NCBI GenBank assembly: GCA_964016885.1
Contig: OZ024750.1
Location: forward strand, 8,184,001-8,248,000
Length of the DNA stretch: 64,000 nucleotides
Reading direction: 5' to 3'
Origin: Eledone cirrhosa
Lineage: Eukaryota
Under the pieces are notes generated by a model that saw nothing but the letters and a program-made list of their open reading frames with translations, made no database searches and had not been told where the DNA came from. Both the position numbers and the translations under genes were made by a program. Shown piece by piece: positions 58,904-64,000 of the stretch (position 1 is the stretch's first letter; every line of letters starts with the position of its first letter).

Positions 58904-61900
58904 TGCAAATTAGGCTGCTCAGCCGTTAATTTTCATAAGGAAAGTATATACTTTCGAACGTTCAACTATCTGGCAGATGGGTAAACGGTGCTGATGATAG
59001 CTAACAAGCTTGAAACTAGTACATCGTTCCTGTGTCAGTGTTGAACAAAAAGGTGACGTGGTTGCCTTAACACCGTATGGCATAAATTCAGGCTGTTCAG
59101 TTTGTTTACAAACGAACAAAGCGACGTTAGCGCCGCTAAACTGATACGTGCATATATGTATGTGTACCTGTATGCATATGTATATATATATGTATATATA
59201 TATATATATGTGCGTGCTACTGTACGTCTGTATACATATATGTATGTACGTATACATGCATACTTACATCTAAGTAAGTGCCATCCTAAGAGTGAGAAAT
59301 GAAATTTCGTTTTCATTTTGTTTCAATTTATCATTTTCGGTATGCCTGACCGATTTAACTCACTCAATATGCAAATTAGGCTGCTCAGCCGTTAATTTTC
59401 ATAAGGAAAGTATATACTTTCGAACGTTCAACTATCTGGCAGATGGGTAAACGGTGCTGATGATAGCTAACAAGCTTGAAACTAGTACATCGTTCCTGTG
59501 TCAGTGTTGAACAAAAAGGTGACGTGGTTGCCTTAACACCGTATGGCATAAATTCAGGCTGTTCAGTTTGTTTACAAACGAACAAAGCGACGTTAGCGCC
59601 GCTAAACTGATACGTGCATATATGTATGTGTACCTGTATGCATATGTATATATATATGTATATATATATATATATGTGCGTGCTACTGTACGTCTGTATA
59701 CATATATGTATGTACGTATACATGCATACTTACATCTAAGTAAGTGCCATCCTAAGAGTGAGAAATGAAATTTCGTTTTCATTTTGTTTCAATTTATCAT
59801 TTTCGGTATGCCTGACCGATTTAACTCACTCAATATGCAAATTAGGCTGCTCAGCCGTTAATTTTCATAAGGAAAGTATATACTTTCGAACGTTCAACTA
59901 TCTGGCAGATGGGTAAACGGTGCTGATGATAGCTAACAAGCTTGAAACTAGTACATCGTTCCTGTGTCAGTGTTGAACAAAAAGGTGACGTGGTTGCCTT
60001 AACACCGTATGGCATAAATTCAGGCTGTTCAGTTTGTTTACAAACGAACAAAGCGACGTTAGCGCCGCTAAACTGATACGTGCATATATGTATGTGTACC
60101 TGTATGCATATGTATATATATATGTATATATATATATATATGTGCGTGCTACTGTACGTCTGTATACATATATGTATGTACGTATACATGCATACTTACA
60201 TCTAAGTAAGTGCCATCCTAAGAGTGAGAAATGAAATTTCGTTTTCATTTTGTTTCAATTTATCATTTTCGGTATGCCTGACCGATTTAACTCACTCAAT
60301 ATGCAAATTAGGCTGCTCAGCCGTTAATTTTCATAAGGAAAGTATATACTTTCGAACGTTCAACTATCTGGCAGATGGGTAAACGGTGCTGATGATAGCT
60401 AACAAGCTTGAAACTAGTACATCGTTCCTGTGTCAGTGTTGAACAAAAAGGTGACGTGGTTGCCTTAACACCGTATGGCATAAATTCAGGCTGTTCAGTT
60501 TGTTTACAAACGAACAAAGCGACGTTAGCGCCGCTAAACTGATACGTGCATATATGTATGTGTACCTGTATGCATATGTATATATATATGTATATATATA
60601 TATATATGTGCGTGCTACTGTACGTCTGTATACATATATGTATGTACGTATACATGCATACTTACATCTAAGTAAGTGCCATCCTAAGAGTGAGAAATGA
60701 AATTTCGTTTTCATTTTGTTTCAATTTATCATTTTCGGTATGCCTGACCGATTTAACTCACTCAATATGCAAATTAGGCTGCTCAGCCGTTAATTTTCAT
60801 AAGGAAAGTATATACTTTCGAACGTTCAACTATCTGGCAGATGGGTAAACGGTGCTGATGATAGCTAACAAGCTTGAAACTAGTACATCGTTCCTGTGTC
60901 AGTGTTGAACAAAAAGGTGACGTGGTTGCCTTAACACCGTATGGCATAAATTCAGGCTGTTCAGTTTGTTTACAAACGAACAAAGCGACGTTAGCGCCGC
61001 TAAACTGATACGTGCATATATGTATGTGTACCTGTATGCATATGTATATATATATGTATATATATATATATATGTGCGTGCTACTGTACGTCTGTATACA
61101 TATATGTATGTACGTATACATGCATACTTACATCTAAGTAAGTGCCATCCTAAGAGTGAGAAATGAAATTTCGTTTTCATTTTGTTTCAATTTATCATTT
61201 TCGGTATGCCTGACCGATTTAACTCACTCAATATGCAAATTAGGCTGCTCAGCCGTTAATTTTCATAAGGAAAGTATATACTTTCGAACGTTCAACTATC
61301 TGGCAGATGGGTAAACGGTGCTGATGATAGCTAACAAGCTTGAAACTAGTACATCGTTCCTGTGTCAGTGTTGAACAAAAAGGTGACGTGGTTGCCTTAA
61401 CACCGTATGGCATAAATTCAGGCTGTTCAGTTTGTTTACAAACGAACAAAGCGACGTTAGCGCCGCTAAACTGATACGTGCATATATGTATGTGTACCTG
61501 TATGCATATGTATATATATATGTATATATATATATATATGTGCGTGCTACTGTACGTCTGTATACATATATGTATGTACGTATACATGCATACTTACATC
61601 TAAGTAAGTGCCATCCTAAGAGTGAGAAATGAAATTTCGTTTTCATTTTGTTTCAATTTATCATTTTCGGTATGCCTGACCGATTTAACTCACTCAATAT
61701 GCAAATTAGGCTGCTCAGCCGTTAATTTTCATAAGGAAAGTATATACTTTCGAACGTTCAACTATCTGGCAGATGGGTAAACGGTGCTGATGATAGCTAA
61801 CAAGCTTGAAACTAGTACATCGTTCCTGTGTCAGTGTTGAACAAAAAGGTGACGTGGTTGCCTTAACACCGTATGGCATAAATTCAGGCTGTTCAGTTTG

Positions 61901-62994
61901 TTTACAAACGAACAAAGCGACGTTAGCGCCGCTAAACTGATACGTGCATATATGTATGTGTACCTGTATGCATATGTATATATATATGTATATATATATA
62001 TATATGTGCGTGCTACTGTACGTCTGTATACATATATGTATGTACGTATACATGCATACTTACATCTAAGTAAGTGCCATCCTAAGAGTGAGAAATGAAA
62101 TTTCGTTTTCATTTTGTTTCAATTTATCATTTTCGGTATGCCTGACCGATTTAACTCACTCAATATGCAAATTAGGCTGCTCAGCCGTTAATTTTCATAA
62201 GGAAAGTATATACTTTCGAACGTTCAACTATCTGGCAGATGGGTAAACGGTGCTGATGATAGCTAACAAGCTTGAAACTAGTACATCGTTCCTGTGTCAG
62301 TGTTGAACAAAAAGGTGACGTGGTTGCCTTAACACCGTATGGCATAAATTCAGGCTGTTCAGTTTGTTTACAAACGAACAAAGCGACGTTAGCGCCGCTA
62401 AACTGATACGTGCATATATGTATGTGTACCTGTATGCATATGTATATATATATGTATATATATATATATATGTGCGTGCTACTGTACGTCTGTATACATA
62501 TATGTATGTACGTATACATGCATACTTACATCTAAGTAAGTGCCATCCTAAGAGTGAGAAATGAAATTTCGTTTTCATTTTGTTTCAATTTATCATTTTC
62601 GGTATGCCTGACCGATTTAACTCACTCAATATGCAAATTAGGCTGCTCAGCCGTTAATTTTCATAAGGAAAGTATATACTTTCGAACGTTCAACTATCTG
62701 GCAGATGGGTAAACGGTGCTGATGATAGCTAACAAGCTTGAAACTAGTACATCGTTCCTGTGTCAGTGTTGAACAAAAAGGTGACGTGGTTGCCTTAACA
62801 CCGTATGGCATAAATTCAGGCTGTTCAGTTTGTTTACAAACGAACAAAGCGACGTTAGCGCCGCTAAACTGATACGTGCATATATGTATGTGTACCTGTA
62901 TGCATATGTATATATATATGTATATATATATATATATGTGCGTGCTACTGTACGTCTGTATACATATATGTATGTACGTATACATGCATACTTA
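58902..62994 (+). mobile_element. 466-bp tandem array (~8.8 units) with one hammerhead ribozyme per unit; non-LTR retrozyme / Penelope-like non-autonomous element
   Basis: The ORF track repeats with exact 466-bp period (58919, 59385, 59851 ... 62647) and units look identical. Each has the HHR motif. Last unit is truncated into a (TA)n tract. Confidence 0.88.
58984..59028 (+). ncRNA. Minimal type I hammerhead ribozyme, first of 9 copies (starts 58984, 59450, 59916, 60382, 60848, 61314, 61780, 62246, 62712)
   Basis: AACGGTG-CTGATGA-T AGCT AACA AGCT T-GAAA-CTAG-TA-CATCGTT. 7-bp stem I (one G-U), intact core, 4-bp stem II, palindromic stem III, GUA triplet. Predicted cut after 59021. Confidence 0.87.
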
Positions 62995-63001
62995 TATATA
63001 T

Positions 63002-63091
<90 letters not shown>

Positions 63092-63093
<2 letters not shown>

Positions 63094-63287
63094 CGAAGGA
63101 AATGTGGTAAGGAACCAGGTGGACCATAACGCATCAAAGTACTCAATACTTAGGGTAGTAGAGTGGGTAATAGGAACGAGTAGGACCCCGACGGCTGAGC
63201 TCAAGCCGTTTCGACGGCTAATTCTGGACCAAGTCCAGAATTAGCCGTCGAAACGAGCTCAGCCGTCGGGGTCCTACTCGTTCCTAT
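63092..63287. mobile_element. Dispersed repeat ending in a fold-back hairpin (63170-63287); relatives at 47828-48192, ~14665-14831, ~9960-10055, ~36100-36155
   Basis: Shared aacgaagg..gtggtaaggaaccag.tggaccataacgca...gaccccgacggctgagctc. The 63092, 47828 and 14665 copies lie in (TA)n and each has a differently sized inverted arm. Confidence 0.85.
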
Positions 63288-64000
63288 ATATATATATATA
63301 TATATGTGTGTATATATATATATCAGTGCGGTCAAATTGAATGTGTAAGTGGTGAGTTAACGTGTAAGTGGTTGAGTATCTGAGTAACCATATATACGTG
63401 TACCTACAATGTAATTCCTTAGCTGAATCAGTGCAACACAATACGTTGTAAGACTGGATCTTTGCGTGACAGGTCGAATCCTTCCGAGTAGCTGTCACAT
63501 AGTTTTCGCCTCTCCAATTTCATTGTGTGACTTTAGCGATCTCCATTTCAAGTCAAATTTGAGGATTCCTTCTTCCTTCCATCCCTATCTCAAAACCCGC
63601 ACCACCACCACCACCACCACTTCTTCTTCTTCTTCTTCTCTTCTTTTCTTCTTCTCTTCTTTTCTTCTTTTCTTCTATTCTTCTTCTTCTTCTTCCTGGA
63701 ACCTTGAAAAGGATTATGGCTTCTGTTCTTTCCTCGTGACTAAGTGTTAAAAGATGTTTTGTATTTATTAGGTTATCTCTGATCAAGTACGTTTATGGTC
63801 GGTAGATCTATAGCCATGTCTCTCCTGACTTTATCTCAAGCGTTAGTGCACGTGTCCAGTCTTTTGTTGTTGTTTTTTCCAATAGAAAGATGTAATTAGA
63901 GCAACAACTATTTCCCTTTCGTAGCAGGTCAAGAGTTTGTGTTGACGGTGGCTTTATTATTTTATTTTACGATCTATATTTTGTCTTTTGTGTGAGTTAG

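Noticed and set aside
58919-62985. Repeated 112-, 93- and 66-aa ORFs in the 466-bp array
   Set aside because: Half of each is TA/CA low-complexity sequence with no recognisable domain; the conserved signal is an RNA structure.
58902-62994. CRISPR array or tandem snRNA/5S/tRNA gene cluster
   Set aside because: Eukaryotic context, no variable spacers, and no recognisable 5S, U snRNA or tRNA sequence in the unit.

Overview
AT-rich eukaryotic DNA dominated by (TA)n/(CA)n/(GA)n microsatellites, a high-copy tRNA-derived SINE and RTE-type LINE fragments. The repeat style suggests an octopod cephalopod (inference). Almost all supplied ORFs are microsatellite read-through. One spliced + strand gene is partly visible, encoding a talin/kindlin-type FERM domain: candidate exons 9596-9624, 10473-10541 and 10736-10764, and strong exons 15454-15918 and 32523-32672. 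Its F2 lobe carries a ~100-aa basic insert. The main finding is an RNA system. A 466-bp tandem array (~8.8 units, 58902-62994) has a minimal type I hammerhead ribozyme (HHR) in every unit, is preceded by a 263-bp inverted copy, and sits within (TA)n tracts, i.e. a retrozyme / Penelope-like architecture. About ten further HHR or HHR-like motifs from unrelated families are scattered through the window, many in or next to fold-back elements. All alignments and folds were done by eye.
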